DNA from: an uncultured Ardenticatenaceae bacterium
GTDB taxonomy: Bacteria; Chloroflexota; Anaerolineae; Promineifilales; Promineifilaceae
Length of the DNA: 44,521 bases
Assembly (NCBI GenBank): GCA_964432035.1
Contig: CAYSMQ010000002.1
Location: 2,921 to 47,441 of the forward strand
Direction: 5' to 3'
Shown: positions 1-10,158 of the stretch, in pieces
Position numbering within the stretch: the stretch's first letter is position 1
Layout of the letters: each line of letters opens with the position of its first letter
The notes under the pieces: generated by a model
Database searches by the model: none
Told to the model about the DNA's origin: nothing
What the model saw: the letters and a program-made list of their open reading frames with translations, nothing else
Position numbers and translations under genes: made by a program

Positions 1-1
1 G

Positions 2-874
2 CAAGCCGGGGAAGAGTTCGGCGCTCAGATTGACTTCGTCGAAACGGCGAACGCTACCGACTACGCAGCCAACATCGGCCTATTTGCCGACGAGAACTAC
101 GATGTGATCGTCACCGTGGGCTTCGCTTTAGCAGAAGCCACGATCCAGGCCGCAGCCGATTACCCGGATATTGATTTCATCGGCGTCGACCAGTTTGTAG
201 CTCCAGAAGCGCCCGAGGGCTGGGAAGGCGGCGATTGGCCTCCACCGAACCTCGCGGGGCTAATCTTCCCTGAAGATCGATCCGGTTTCCTTGCCGGCGC
301 GCTTGCTGGCATGATGACCGAATCAAACACCATTGCCGCCGTGCTGGGCACAGATCTAGTGCCGCCCGTTGTGGCCTTCAAAGAGGGCTATGAAGCCGGC
401 GCGCAATATGTCAACGAAGATATCGAGATCATCTCCACCTACCATCCGGGTGGCCTGGATCAGGCCTTCACCGATCCGGGTTGGGGCGCTGACACGGCGC
501 GCCAGGCCCTGGACCAGGGTGCGGACGTCATCTTTGGCGCCGGTGGTAACACGGGCAACGGCGCGCTTGCCGAAGTCGCCAATCACGAAGGCGCCTACTG
601 CATCGGCGTCGATAGCGACCAGTGGCTAACGGTTCCCGCCGCCCATCCCTGCCTCATTACCAGCGCCATGAAGCTTATCACGCCGGGTGTAGTCGACCTC
701 ATATCGGCTTCCCGCGAAGGCAACTTCCCGGCCGGAAACTATGTTGGCGAAGTCGGACTTGCGCCGTTCCATGACTTCGAGGACGAGGTACCGCAAGAGG
801 TGAAGGATCGTCTGGAAGAGATCCGTACCGGACTGGAATCTGGCGAGATCGAAACGGGCTACAGCCCTGGTTAA
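2..874 (+). CDS. BMP-family (Med/PnrA-like) ABC transporter substrate-binding protein, 5-prime partial
   Basis: The reading frame stays open from nt 2 to the listed ORF (104..874). BMP-type motifs are present (IGVDQF, VIFGAGGNTGNGAL, CIGVDSDQW). Matching permeases and ATPase follow. Confidence 0.8.
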   Translation, partial: QAGEEFGAQIDFVETANATDYAANIGLFADENYDVIVTVGFALAEATIQAAADYPDIDFIGVDQFVAPEAPEGWEGGDWPPPNLAGLIFPEDRSGFLAGALAGMMTESNTIAAVLGTDLVPPVVAFKEGYEAGAQYVNEDIEIISTYHPGGLDQAFTDPGWGADTARQALDQGADVIFGAGGNTGNGALAEVANHEGAYCIGVDSDQWLTVPAAHPCLITSAMKLITPGVVDLISASREGNFPAGNYVGEVGLAPFHDFEDEVPQEVKDRLEEIRTGLESGEIETGYSPG

Positions 875-911
875 TGGGTGATGACGCTTACTTAGTTTGA
901 GCTTTTTACAG

Positions 912-952
912 AAACACTGTGCGACGTGTACTTGCGTCGCACAGTGTTTTTC
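912..952 (+). terminator. Intrinsic terminator/attenuator hairpin between the binding-protein and permease genes
   Basis: Perfect 14-bp stem AACACTGTGCGACG / CGTCGCACAGTGTT with an 8-nt loop, followed by TTTTTC. Confidence 0.7.
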
Positions 953-970
953 TTATGAGTGATGTGAAAC

Positions 971-2071
971 ATGAGCAATCGCACTGCCTCTATCGCTCCA
1001 ATTGCCAGACGTTTTTGGCGCGCTGCCAGCGTGCCCTTAGGTTCCGTCTTGCTTGCGCTCTTGTTCGGAGCGATCATACTGATCGTCTCAGGTGCATCGC
1101 CCGTTCAAGCCTATCTTGCGCTGTTTCAAGGGTCTTTCGGCGATGCCGAGGCGTTCCAGCGCACGTTGGAGAAGGCAACGCCGTTGGTCTTTAGTGGTCT
1201 GGCGGTGGCTTTTGCTTTTAAGGCCGGCTTGTTTAATATCGGGGCGCAAGGCCAGCTAGTGTTCGGAGCTGTTACTGCGGCCGCGCTTGGGTTTATGATC
1301 GAGGGCCTGCCGCCTCTAATTCATGCGCCGCTAGCCCTCTTAGGTGGGGCGGTGGCCGGGTTCTTGTTTGGCGCTGTCCCAGGTATCCTCAAAGCTTATA
1401 CCGGTGCGCACGAAGTGATTACGACGATAATGCTCAATTACGTGGCCCTCAACTTCACCGATTATCTGGCGAATGGGCCACTGAGAGATCCGACGCCGGG
1501 CAACATCGTGGCGCGTACGCCGGCTGTTGAGGCCAGCGCGCGCATTCCGACATTGGGCGCGATCCCACTGGGCTTTCTCATTGCGATCCTGATTGCGGTC
1601 GTGACGTGGTGGCTCTTGTGGCACACGACCATCGGCTACGAAATTCGTACGGTGGGTCTTAACCCATCGGCCGCCGATTACGCCGGCATGCGTGTGTCGT
1701 TTATCCTCGTCCTGACCATGGCGCTCAGTGGCTTGATGGCGGGCTTGGGCGGCGCGGTGGAAACGCAGGGTATTATCGGCCGTTTCCAACCGGGATTTAA
1801 CGTGGGGCTAGGTTTTGACGGCATTACGATTGCGCTTCTGGGCAAGACACATCCGCTGGGTGTCATCCCCGCTGCTATTCTTGTAGGCGCTATGCGCGCA
1901 GGTTCCAGCCTAATGCAGTTCCGAGCCGGCGTGGCTACGGAGATTATTGACGTAATTCTGGCCATCATCTTATTCTTCGTCGCAGCAGAAATGATTATGC
2001 GCTGGATACTGCGTACGCGTGCGGTTGCGGAAGAACAAGTGACCCTGAGCACCGGCTGGGGCCAGCAGTAG
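971..2071 (+). CDS. ABC transporter permease (BMP/nucleoside-type, YufP-like)
   Basis: 366-aa polytopic membrane protein with FNIGAQGQ and GFDGITIALLG motifs typical of branched-chain/ribose-type permeases. Sits in an operon with the BMP binding protein. Confidence 0.85.
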   Translation: MSNRTASIAPIARRFWRAASVPLGSVLLALLFGAIILIVSGASPVQAYLALFQGSFGDAEAFQRTLEKATPLVFSGLAVAFAFKAGLFNIGAQGQLVFGAVTAAALGFMIEGLPPLIHAPLALLGGAVAGFLFGAVPGILKAYTGAHEVITTIMLNYVALNFTDYLANGPLRDPTPGNIVARTPAVEASARIPTLGAIPLGFLIAILIAVVTWWLLWHTTIGYEIRTVGLNPSAADYAGMRVSFILVLTMALSGLMAGLGGAVETQGIIGRFQPGFNVGLGFDGITIALLGKTHPLGVIPAAILVGAMRAGSSLMQFRAGVATEIIDVILAIILFFVAAEMIMRWILRTRAVAEEQVTLSTGWGQQ

Positions 2072-2081
2072 GAGAGAGGGA

Positions 2082-3110
2082 ATGGAAGGCACTTTTGTTG
2101 GCGCTTCAGAACGACCAAATATCGGGCGATTTTTGCGCCGTTACGGTGTTATTCTGGGTCTGGTCTTAATTGTAATCGTTGCCAGCGTCATCGCCTATAG
2201 CATCATCCCACAGCGGACGCAGGCCGTGCTCGCGGCAGCGCTCCGGGCTTCGACTCCCCTAGTCCTTGGCGCATTGTGCGGTCTATATGGCGAACGAGCA
2301 GGCGTCATCAATATTGGTATTGAAGGCCAGATGTTGTTGGCAGCGTTTCTTGCATTTGTAACGCACGCAACGTTTGACAACATCATTTTGGGCATCGCGG
2401 TGGGCGTATTGGCAGGCGCGATGCTTGGTTTGTTCCTTGCCTTTATGTCCGTGACGCTGAAGATGGACCAGATCATCGGCGGTACGGTGATAAATATTCT
2501 GGCGTTTGGACTGACTGGGTACTTTTACCAGCAGGGCATGTCTATCTCCAATAAGCTGCAAAACATTCCCCTGGGCCCGCTTGCCGACATACCGTTGATC
2601 GGCCCAGTGCTGTTTAATAATCCGCCGCTCACTTATCTAACACTTTTGCTGGTAGCACTCTCGCATTACATCCTGTTCTTTACACGTTGGGGACTCCGTA
2701 CGCGCGCCGTGGGCGAACACCCTCGCGCGGCCGATACGGTTGGCATCAATGTTTTTTTCATGCGCTACGCCAATGTGATCATCGGCGGCGCATTCGCTGG
2801 CCTGGCAGGCGCCTTTATAACTCTAGAGCAGGTCGGTTCCTTTGAGCGCATGATGACCAATGGCCGCGGGTTTCTGGCCCTGGCCATGATGCTTTTCGGC
2901 AAATATAATCCGCTTGGCGCCTGGGGTGCGTCGCTACTCATCGGCTTCACCTACGCTTTCCAGACGCAATTGCAGTTTATGGGCACAATCGATATTCCAC
3001 CCCAATTCTTTGGCATGTTGCCATACTTGCTGACCATTATCGTCCTGGCCGGATTCGTGGGCAGGGTGCGAGTTCCGGCGGCTGATGGCGTTCCCTACGA
3101 GAAGGAATGA
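2082..3110 (+). CDS. ABC transporter permease (second subunit, YufQ-like)
   Basis: 342-aa polytopic protein with an INIGIEGQM motif. Starts 11 nt after the previous permease, and its stop overlaps the ATPase start. Confidence 0.85.
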   Translation: MEGTFVGASERPNIGRFLRRYGVILGLVLIVIVASVIAYSIIPQRTQAVLAAALRASTPLVLGALCGLYGERAGVINIGIEGQMLLAAFLAFVTHATFDNIILGIAVGVLAGAMLGLFLAFMSVTLKMDQIIGGTVINILAFGLTGYFYQQGMSISNKLQNIPLGPLADIPLIGPVLFNNPPLTYLTLLLVALSHYILFFTRWGLRTRAVGEHPRAADTVGINVFFMRYANVIIGGAFAGLAGAFITLEQVGSFERMMTNGRGFLALAMMLFGKYNPLGAWGASLLIGFTYAFQTQLQFMGTIDIPPQFFGMLPYLLTIIVLAGFVGRVRVPAADGVPYEKE

Positions 3111-4636
3111 TGATGAGCGAACCACTGGCCTTAGAGGCGCGAAACATTACCAAGCGCTTTCCGGGCGTTCTGGCCAACGACAGCGTGAATCTGACGCTGC
3201 GCAAAGGCGAAATCCACGCGCTGTTGGGCGAGAACGGCGCGGGCAAGAGCACGTTGATGAACGTCATCTACGGGTTGTATACACCGGAAGAAGGGCAGAT
3301 TTTCATTGGTGGAAAGGAAGTCGAGATAGACGATCCCAATGACGCCATCGCGCTTGGCATTGGCATGGTCCACCAACACTTTATGCTGGTGCCCGTTTTC
3401 ACAGTCGCCGAGAACATTGTATTGGGTGCAGAAGTCACGCGCGGGCCCTCACTGGACATGCGCCGCGCCGAACGAGACATTCGCCGCTTATCAGAAGAGT
3501 TTGGGCTACGCGTGGATCCACAAGCGGTGGTAGAGGATATGCCTGTTGGATTGCAGCAGCGGGCTGAAATCGTCAAAGCCCTCTACCGTGATGCGAAAAT
3601 CCTCGTTCTGGACGAACCGACGGCTGTGCTGACGCCGCAGGAAGCAGAAGACCTCTTCCGCGTGATGAAGCAGCTCACTGAGCGCGGCGTATCAATTATC
3701 TTTATTACACACAAGCTGAAGGAAGTGCTGGCGATCGCCGATCGCATCACGGTGATGCGCCGCGGTAAGGTTGTGGGCACCACGACGCCGGAGGAGACAG
3801 GCGAACAGGGCCTGGCGTCGATGATGGTGGGCCGCGACGTCGTGCTGGCAATCGATAAGCCTCCAGCGACGCCCGAGGATGTCGTGCTAGAGGTACGCAA
3901 TCTGAGCGTGCGTGATGAGCGCGGCGTGGTTGCCGTGCGCGACGTCTCCTTCGACGTCTACGCTGGAGAGATCCTGGGTATCGCCGGTGTGCAGGGTAAC
4001 GGGCAAACGGAACTGGCAGAGGTGCTGACCGGTTTGCGCGTACCGCAGTCTGGGGAGATCCTCCTTAACGGGCAGCGTGTTCCCTTCGATCGTCCGCGTT
4101 ACCTGTTTGAGCACGGCATGGCGCATATCCCGGAGGACCGGCAGAAGCACGGCCTCGTCTTGCCCTACACTGTGGCTGACAACATGGTGCTCTGCACGTA
4201 CTACAAGGAACCCTTTTCTCGTGGCGTGCAGCGACGGCAGCGACCTATCAAGGAGCAGGCGGAGACACTCATTTCCCAATATGATGTGCGCACGCCGGAC
4301 GCATTTACGCCTGTAAGCAACCTTTCAGGCGGCAATCAGCAGAAGGTCATTGTGGCACGTGAGCTTAGCAGGGAGATTCACTGGTTGATCGCCAACCAAC
4401 CGACGCGAGGTCTGGACGTTGGCTCTATTGAGTTCATTCACCAGCGCATCGTGGAACAGCGAGATGAGGGCGTGGCGGTGCTCCTGATATCGGCGGAGCT
4501 TGATGAGATTCTTTCGCTCGCCGATCGCATCGCCGTTATCTATCACGGGCAGATTGTGGCTACAATCGCGACCGAGGACGCCACGCGCGAGCAGTTAGGT
4601 TTGCTTATGGCGGGAAGTGGGGTAGAGGACGTTTAG
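3107..4636 (+). CDS. ABC transporter ATP-binding protein with two fused nucleotide-binding domains
   Basis: Walker [10 protein letters not shown], Walker B ILVLDEPT, and a second-half signature LSGGNQQK. The 509-aa length fits sugar/nucleoside-type double-NBD ATPases. ATGA overlap with the upstream permease. Confidence 0.9.
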   Translation: MMMSEPLALEARNITKRFPGVLANDSVNLTLRKGEIHALLGENGAGKSTLMNVIYGLYTPEEGQIFIGGKEVEIDDPNDAIALGIGMVHQHFMLVPVFTVAENIVLGAEVTRGPSLDMRRAERDIRRLSEEFGLRVDPQAVVEDMPVGLQQRAEIVKALYRDAKILVLDEPTAVLTPQEAEDLFRVMKQLTERGVSIIFITHKLKEVLAIADRITVMRRGKVVGTTTPEETGEQGLASMMVGRDVVLAIDKPPATPEDVVLEVRNLSVRDERGVVAVRDVSFDVYAGEILGIAGVQGNGQTELAEVLTGLRVPQSGEILLNGQRVPFDRPRYLFEHGMAHIPEDRQKHGLVLPYTVADNMVLCTYYKEPFSRGVQRRQRPIKEQAETLISQYDVRTPDAFTPVSNLSGGNQQKVIVARELSREIHWLIANQPTRGLDVGSIEFIHQRIVEQRDEGVAVLLISAELDEILSLADRIAVIYHGQIVATIATEDATREQLGLLMAGSGVEDV

Positions 4637-4662
4637 CGACAGGTGAGCCAGCGCCGGGCGGG

Positions 4663-5283
4663 CTAGCCTCTGTCGAGCTTCTTGCGGTGGGCGGTAATAT
4701 AGGCCAGGGCCTGGCTTCTGCTCAATTTATGTAGCGCCATCAGACCGAGAGAAATGGCCATCGCATAACTGATAATGTTGATGCGACCGTCCATGAGCGC
4801 GTAATTTAGATCTTCCTTTGTGACCCAACGCACGGAATTCGTTTCTAGCTCGCCAGGGTTCGGTCGGGCGACCTTAGACGCGTTGAGGCAGAGGAAGAAG
4901 TGGCCCACCCCTACATGACGGTGCGCCTCGGTGACGAAGCTGCCAAGGTAGCGCCAGTCGTCGCTCTCATAGCCAGCGCTTCCCAGCAGCTGGCGCTGCG
5001 CCGCCTCCAGTGGATCTTCGCCGGATTGCAGATAACCGCCAATGACCTGCCAGCTCGAGCGGCGTGCTCCGTGCTTATATCCTTCAAGAATCAGGGCGCG
5101 CCCAGACTTATCGAAGACGACGGTATTAACATAATCGTGTGCATTGACGATGGGCCAGTCTTTGATCACACGACCGTCGGGGAGGCCGATCGTTTCCATG
5201 GCGACCTCGACCTGAGGATGGTCAACAACTAGCTCGCTATCCAGAATTTCCCAGTTCTCCCCAGACATGAACCTCTCTCTCAT
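4663..5283 (-). CDS. Nudix-fold protein (ADP-ribose pyrophosphatase-like) with a degenerate Nudix box
   Basis: The Nudix-box position reads GGYLQSGEDPLEAAQRQLLGSAGY, so the REUxEE glutamates are replaced by RQLLGS. The start could instead be the second ATG at 5268. Confidence 0.65.
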   Translation of the reverse strand: MRERFMSGENWEILDSELVVDHPQVEVAMETIGLPDGRVIKDWPIVNAHDYVNTVVFDKSGRALILEGYKHGARRSSWQVIGGYLQSGEDPLEAAQRQLLGSAGYESDDWRYLGSFVTEAHRHVGVGHFFLCLNASKVARPNPGELETNSVRWVTKEDLNYALMDGRINIISYAMAISLGLMALHKLSRSQALAYITAHRKKLDRG

Positions 5284-5367
5284 CCAACTACAGTTTGGCG
5301 CCCCACCCCCTAATCTCCGCTGTTATGATACCCATTATCGGCCCACCTACTTACAATCCTTCTTTCA

Positions 5368-6648
5368 TTGCTGCGCAAAAAACGCGCCTTGTTAGGCGTC
5401 AGGGTGTCAGTTAAACTTCCGCACGTGAAGAGCAAAGCCCCCCATCGTTTCCGTATACAGTTGGCTGTGATTACCTTCGGTCGCCTGGTGGTGAACACCT
5501 CGATGCGCATGACGTACCCATTCCTGCCCGCCATCGCGCGCGGTCTGGACGTCTCGCTGGGTTCAGTCGCACAGCTGGTGGCCCTGCGCGCCTTTGCCGG
5601 CTTTCTCAGTCCTCTGTTCAGTCCGCTTTCCGAGCGTTTTGGTCGGCGGCTACTGCTGGTGCTTTCCATGGTTGCCTTTGCCCTGGGCAGTCTCATCGTC
5701 TTTATATGGCCAACCTATTGGTTTTTAGGTGTGGCTCTGGTAATCAGCGGTGTGGCGAAGGTCGTCTATGATCCCACCATGCAATCGTATCTGGGCGACG
5801 TCGTGGCCTATGAGAAGCGCGGCAAGGCAATCGCTATCACCGAATTCTCCTGGGCCGGCGCCTTGCTCGTCGGCGCGCCCCTTGTGGGCGTCGTCATCGC
5901 GCAACAGGGGTGGCACGCGCCTTTCTTCTGGTTGGCGGTGACCGGCGTCGCCGCTGCCATCCTGCTGTGGCGCATCTTGCCCCCGGCTCGCGTCCACGCC
6001 ACGCGCGCGGCCGATCTAAGGGCTGTGCTGACCGTAATGCGCGAGCACTCTGTGATTTGGGCGGTCGGACTTTATGTGTTACTGGCCATGATCGCCCAGG
6101 AATTACTGCTTATCGTGTACGGCGACTGGATGGAACAAAGTTATGGTCTGGCGTTGACCAATCTTGGTCTGGCAAGCGCCGTCATCGGCGGCGCGGAAGT
6201 CTTTGGCGAACTGACGGCCGGTTGGAGCGTCGATCGTTTTGGAAAACGCCGCGTGGTAATCACGCTAGGTCTGTTGCTATCAGGCGTCTATTTTCTGATG
6301 CCCTATGCCAGTGTCAGCCTGGCGGCGACTCTAGTTACATTGTTCGTTTTCTTCTATCTCTTTGAGGCTACGTTTGTGGGCAGCATGCCACTGATGACCG
6401 AAGTTGTGCCCACGGCTCGCAGCGTCGTCCTGTCTGTGGCCTTTGCCTCTGCGGGTCTGGGCCGTATGATTGGCGCGCTGTTGGGTCCTGAGATCTGGCG
6501 ATTATTCGGATTGCAGGGCAACACGTTTCTGGGTGCGCTAATGACACTGTTGGCTATCCTCGTGCTGGCCCGCTGGGTGCACGAGCCACAGGCGACGCCT
6601 AAGGTTTCAGAAACCCTGGCGCCAGTGGACAATGTGCCGCGTCAATAA
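5368..6648 (+). CDS. MFS transporter
   Basis: About 12 predicted hydrophobic spans, a loop motif SERFGRR after TM2 and DRFGKRR in the second half. The start codon is uncertain (a GTG near 5425 is possible). Confidence 0.75.
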   Translation: MLRKKRALLGVRVSVKLPHVKSKAPHRFRIQLAVITFGRLVVNTSMRMTYPFLPAIARGLDVSLGSVAQLVALRAFAGFLSPLFSPLSERFGRRLLLVLSMVAFALGSLIVFIWPTYWFLGVALVISGVAKVVYDPTMQSYLGDVVAYEKRGKAIAITEFSWAGALLVGAPLVGVVIAQQGWHAPFFWLAVTGVAAAILLWRILPPARVHATRAADLRAVLTVMREHSVIWAVGLYVLLAMIAQELLLIVYGDWMEQSYGLALTNLGLASAVIGGAEVFGELTAGWSVDRFGKRRVVITLGLLLSGVYFLMPYASVSLAATLVTLFVFFYLFEATFVGSMPLMTEVVPTARSVVLSVAFASAGLGRMIGALLGPEIWRLFGLQGNTFLGALMTLLAILVLARWVHEPQATPKVSETLAPVDNVPRQ

Positions 6649-6680
6649 AGCACCTTATCCTTTGCCAAGGAGAGTTTCAC

Positions 6681-7949
6681 ATGCAAACAGTCGATCTACT
6701 ACTCCATTCGGCCGCACAGCTATGCACTGTCCCCGGTCCGGGGCCGCAGCGCGGAGCCAAGCTGGGCACGCTGGGCATCATTGCGGACGGCGCCGTCGCC
6801 GTGAACGAGGGTCAAATAGTGGACGTGGGACCTTCGTCGAAATTGCGCGGGCGCTACGAGGCGCGAGCCGACATTGACGCCAGCGGCTGCTGCGTAGTGC
6901 CGGGGTTTGTCGACCCGCACACGCACCTGCCCTGGGCCGGCGACCGCGCCGACGAGTTCGAACAGCGCGTGCGGGGCGCCAGTTACATGGAGATTATGGC
7001 TGCCGGCGGCGGCATTATGTCCACCGTGCGCGCCACGCGCGGGGCAACCGCACAAGAGCTGGCGCATGCGAACTTGCCTCGTTTACAGCGGATGCTGGAA
7101 TTTGGCACGACCAGTGCGGAGGCCAAAACCGGGTACGGGCTGCAAACCGCGGCGGAGCTGAAGCAGCTGGACGCCATGCGCCTGTTGAACGAACAGCAAG
7201 CGGTCGAGCTAATGTACACATTTTTGCCGGCGCACGCGGTGCCAGATGAATTCGACGGGCGCACCGAGGCGTACGTCAAGTGTGTCATCGACGAAATGCT
7301 ACCTGCTGGGGCGGCGTGGATGGAAGAGAATGGCAGTACACTCTTCTGCGACGTGTTTTGCGAGGAAGGTGTGTTCGACGTGGACCAGACGCGCCGCATC
7401 TTGCAGCAGGCAAAGTCTTTGGGATACCGGCTCAAAGTGCACGCGGACGAGTTTGCCGGACTGGGTGGCACGGCGCTGGCAGTGGAGCTGGGCGCCGTCT
7501 CGGCCGATCACTTGGTCAAGACGCCGCCGGAGGATATCCTGGCCCTGGGTCAGGGCGAGACGATTGCCGTGGGTTTGCCGGGGACGCCTTTTGGCCTGGG
7601 ACACCGGGAGTATACACCGGCCGAGCAAATCCTGGAGGCGGGCGGCGCGCTGGCGTTGGCCACAGACCTCAATCCGGGCACCTGTTGGTGCGAGTCAATG
7701 CAGATGATTATGGCCCTGGCTTGCCGCTACATGGGACTCACACAGGCGCAGGCGTTGGTAGCTTCAACGCTCAACGCGGCCCATGCCATCGGACGCGGTG
7801 ATGAGATTGGGAGCCTGGAGGTGGGAAAGCAGGCGGATATATTACTACTGACAGCGTCTGACTACCGCATGCTGGGCTATCGCTTTGGTACAAACCTGGT
7901 GAGTACCGTGATTAAGCGTGGTCAGGTTGTGGCTGGTATGTTACCCTGA
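6681..7949 (+). CDS. hutI: Imidazolonepropionase
   Basis: Amidohydrolase metal motif FVDPHTHL, then WAGDRADEFEQRVRGASYMEIMAAGGGI, KVHADE and ATDLNPG, all characteristic of HutI. AGGAG-type RBS upstream. Confidence 0.9.
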   Translation: MQTVDLLLHSAAQLCTVPGPGPQRGAKLGTLGIIADGAVAVNEGQIVDVGPSSKLRGRYEARADIDASGCCVVPGFVDPHTHLPWAGDRADEFEQRVRGASYMEIMAAGGGIMSTVRATRGATAQELAHANLPRLQRMLEFGTTSAEAKTGYGLQTAAELKQLDAMRLLNEQQAVELMYTFLPAHAVPDEFDGRTEAYVKCVIDEMLPAGAAWMEENGSTLFCDVFCEEGVFDVDQTRRILQQAKSLGYRLKVHADEFAGLGGTALAVELGAVSADHLVKTPPEDILALGQGETIAVGLPGTPFGLGHREYTPAEQILEAGGALALATDLNPGTCWCESMQMIMALACRYMGLTQAQALVASTLNAAHAIGRGDEIGSLEVGKQADILLLTASDYRMLGYRFGTNLVSTVIKRGQVVAGMLP

Positions 7950-8005
7950 CATTGACCCTGTCGGTAAGAACGAACGGGGGACACCTTCTTGCAAGGAGAT
8001 CAACA

Positions 8006-8190
8006 TGGAGATGATTAATTCACTTGGAACCGGGGAGCTTACCACGCTTATTGTGCTGGCGGTTATCCTGTTGGGTGTCCTGTTTTTGTTACGCATGGCC
8101 TTTAAGCTGACAAAAACGATGTTTCGTCTGGGATGCGCCATTGTATTTCTCGTTGTTGCCGGGGCCGCTGTTTTTCTCGTCGTACTTTAG
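8006..8190 (+). CDS. Small two-TM membrane protein (hypothetical)
   Basis: ATG at 8006 is preceded by AAGGAG. It encodes two hydrophobic helices. The longer listed ORF (7918) overlaps the hutI 3-prime end and is probably an artefact. Confidence 0.4.
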
Positions 8191-8209
8191 GCCCACGACT
8201 TCTGCCCTA

Positions 8210-8237
8210 TTGCGCTGCCGTGGGCCAATTGTATAAT
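8210..8237 (+). promoter_or_regulatory. Candidate sigma70-type promoter for the parvulin lipoprotein gene
   Basis: TTGCGC, 16-bp spacer, TATAAT, lying 28 nt upstream of ATG 8265. Confidence 0.35.
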
Positions 8238-8264
8238 CTTTGTTTACGTAATGTCTGATGGCTT

Positions 8265-9263
8265 ATGCAACGTCGTGTTCTAATTAGCGTTCTTCTGGCT
8301 CTTTTGCTCCTTGTTGCCGCGTGTCGCGACGATGCGCCGGCGGATGATGCGACGCAAGGTGCAGTCGTTGGCGCCACTGCGCAAGCAGAAGCGCCGGGAC
8401 CGCAGGATGGTCCGGCGCCTACGGCGACGGCGATACCACCCAGCCCAACGCCTCAGGAGCCGTTGGCAGCTACTGTGAATGGCGAGCCGATATATCTGGC
8501 GGCATATGAAGAAGCGTTGGCGCGGCAGCAGCAGGGGATGAGCGCGATCCTGCAGGATGAAAGCAGCGCGCCCAGCCAGGAGGCTCTGGTGCTGGACATG
8601 CTCATCGAGCGCGCGCTTATCGAACAGGCGGCAGAGTCCAACGGAATCACGGTCACGGCAGAGATGGTTGACCAGCAAATGGCAGAACTGCGCCAGGTGG
8701 CAGAGGAGAACAACGGCCCTGATAGTTTTGAAAGCTGGTTGCAAGCCAACCGCTGGACAGAAGAAGCGTTTCGCGACGCGCTGACATATGAGATGCTCAC
8801 AGAACGGGTCTCGGCGATGATTACCTCAGACGTACCGCTGAGCGTGCCGCAGGTACGAGCGCGTTATATTCAAGTAGATGATGCGACGCTGGCACAATCG
8901 TTGCTGGAAGAGGCGCGCAACGGCGCTGATTTCGCCGCATTTGCCCGCCAGCATTCTTTAGATCCCAGCACGGCAGCGGACGGCGGTGATTTAGGTTTTT
9001 TCTCACGAGGTACATTGTTGGTGCCAGCGCTGGAGGAGGCCGCTTTCGCGTTGCAGGAGGGCGAAGTCAGCGATGTAATTACTGCCACGAACGCTGACGG
9101 AAGTGAGACGGTCTACTATCTGGTGCAGGTAGTAGAAATCGAAGAAGAGCGACCGCTGGGTCCCGATCAGCGCGCTACTTTGCTACAAGAGCGCTTTGAA
9201 AGCTGGCTTGCAGAACAGTGGTCACAGGCAGTTATCGAACGGTTTATTGATACAGGTAGTTAG
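8265..9263 (+). CDS. Peptidyl-prolyl isomerase, PpiC/parvulin type (SurA/PrsA-like lipoprotein)
   Basis: Signal peptide with lipobox LLVAAC, a SurA-like helical N-domain, and parvulin motifs (GADFAAFARQHS...GGDLGFF...EGEVSDV). Confidence 0.75.
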   Translation: MQRRVLISVLLALLLLVAACRDDAPADDATQGAVVGATAQAEAPGPQDGPAPTATAIPPSPTPQEPLAATVNGEPIYLAAYEEALARQQQGMSAILQDESSAPSQEALVLDMLIERALIEQAAESNGITVTAEMVDQQMAELRQVAEENNGPDSFESWLQANRWTEEAFRDALTYEMLTERVSAMITSDVPLSVPQVRARYIQVDDATLAQSLLEEARNGADFAAFARQHSLDPSTAADGGDLGFFSRGTLLVPALEEAAFALQEGEVSDVITATNADGSETVYYLVQVVEIEEERPLGPDQRATLLQERFESWLAEQWSQAVIERFIDTGS

Positions 9264-9281
9264 CCAATTGGAGAGGGACCG

Positions 9282-10094
9282 ATGGCAACAAGACGGAGTA
9301 GGCGCGGCGCTGGAAAGATACTAATCAATATACTCTCGCTGTTACTGGTCGTCCTTATACTTTTGACGATCGCCGGCGTCATCGCCGTGATTGCCGTTCC
9401 CGATTTGGCGGCGCCGGTGACGGAGGCGCTGGGAATTGCAGGGGAGCCGGAGGAAGAACCGGCAGGACCAACGCCAACGCTCGTGGCTGTCGCCGTGGTA
9501 CCTACGGCAACAGAAACGCCAACCTCGTCAGGCTTAATAGACCCAACCTGGACGCCTCAACAAGCGGAAGCCACGGCGCCTCCCACGGCAACGAACACCC
9601 GCCGTCCAACGGCAGAGCCGTCGATTACTGTAACGTTGCCGCCGGCGACCAATACACCGACCATCACGCCCTCGCCCACGGCAACAGACACGCCGGGGCC
9701 GCCTCCCACGGCAACGGTTACCAGAGCGCCCTTTCCCTTTACAAGCTCCGCCACAAGTCCCATGTATCTGCAAAACTTCGCCAACCCCGCCGGCTGCAAT
9801 TGGCTGGGAATCGCCGGTGAAGTGCTCGATCTACAGGGGAACCCTGTTGGTGCGGGTCAATATCGGGTGCACGTGTGGGGCAGTGGCGTTGATGAGCGCG
9901 TAGACGTCGGCGGCGCGCCGGCCTATGGTCCGTCGGGCTACGAGCGCTCTGTGCATAACACTCCGGCGATTCGCGACTATAATATTCAGCTGGAAACGAG
10001 CAACGGCAGCGCCGTATCGCAGGTATACTCGGTGCGCACACGGGCGAGTTGCAATCAGAATTTGCTGATATTTAATTTCGTTCAAAATCATTAG
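9282..10094 (+). CDS. Membrane-anchored hypothetical protein with a Pro/Thr-rich linker and a C-terminal globular domain
   Basis: N-terminal basic stretch plus one TM helix, about 100 aa of PT-rich low complexity, then a ~130-aa domain with two Cys. No family recognised. Confidence 0.5.
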   Translation: MATRRSRRGAGKILINILSLLLVVLILLTIAGVIAVIAVPDLAAPVTEALGIAGEPEEEPAGPTPTLVAVAVVPTATETPTSSGLIDPTWTPQQAEATAPPTATNTRRPTAEPSITVTLPPATNTPTITPSPTATDTPGPPPTATVTRAPFPFTSSATSPMYLQNFANPAGCNWLGIAGEVLDLQGNPVGAGQYRVHVWGSGVDERVDVGGAPAYGPSGYERSVHNTPAIRDYNIQLETSNGSAVSQVYSVRTRASCNQNLLIFNFVQNH

Positions 10095-10103
10095 GTAGGG
10101 GAC

Positions 10104-10158
10104 TGGAGATTGGAGATTAGAGATTGGGCAATCTCCAATCTCCAATCTCTAATCTCAG
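10104..10158. repeat. Heptamer-palindrome element, copy 1
   Basis: TGGAGAT TGGAGAT TAGAGAT - TGGGCA - ATCTCCA ATCTCCA ATCTCTA ATCTCAG. It ends directly at the rsmI ATG (10159). Confidence 0.9.

Noticed and set aside
5310-5696. A 128-aa minus-strand ORF overlapping the MFS gene start; similarly 11009..11260 overlapping the hydrolase start.
   Set aside because: Both are Arg/Ser-rich or otherwise featureless, overlap better-supported genes, and lack RBS-like sequences.
7918-8005. A longer version of the small membrane-protein ORF that overlaps the hutI 3-prime end.
   Set aside because: An internal ATG at 8006 has an AAGGAG RBS. The upstream part overlaps the conserved HutI C-terminus in another frame.
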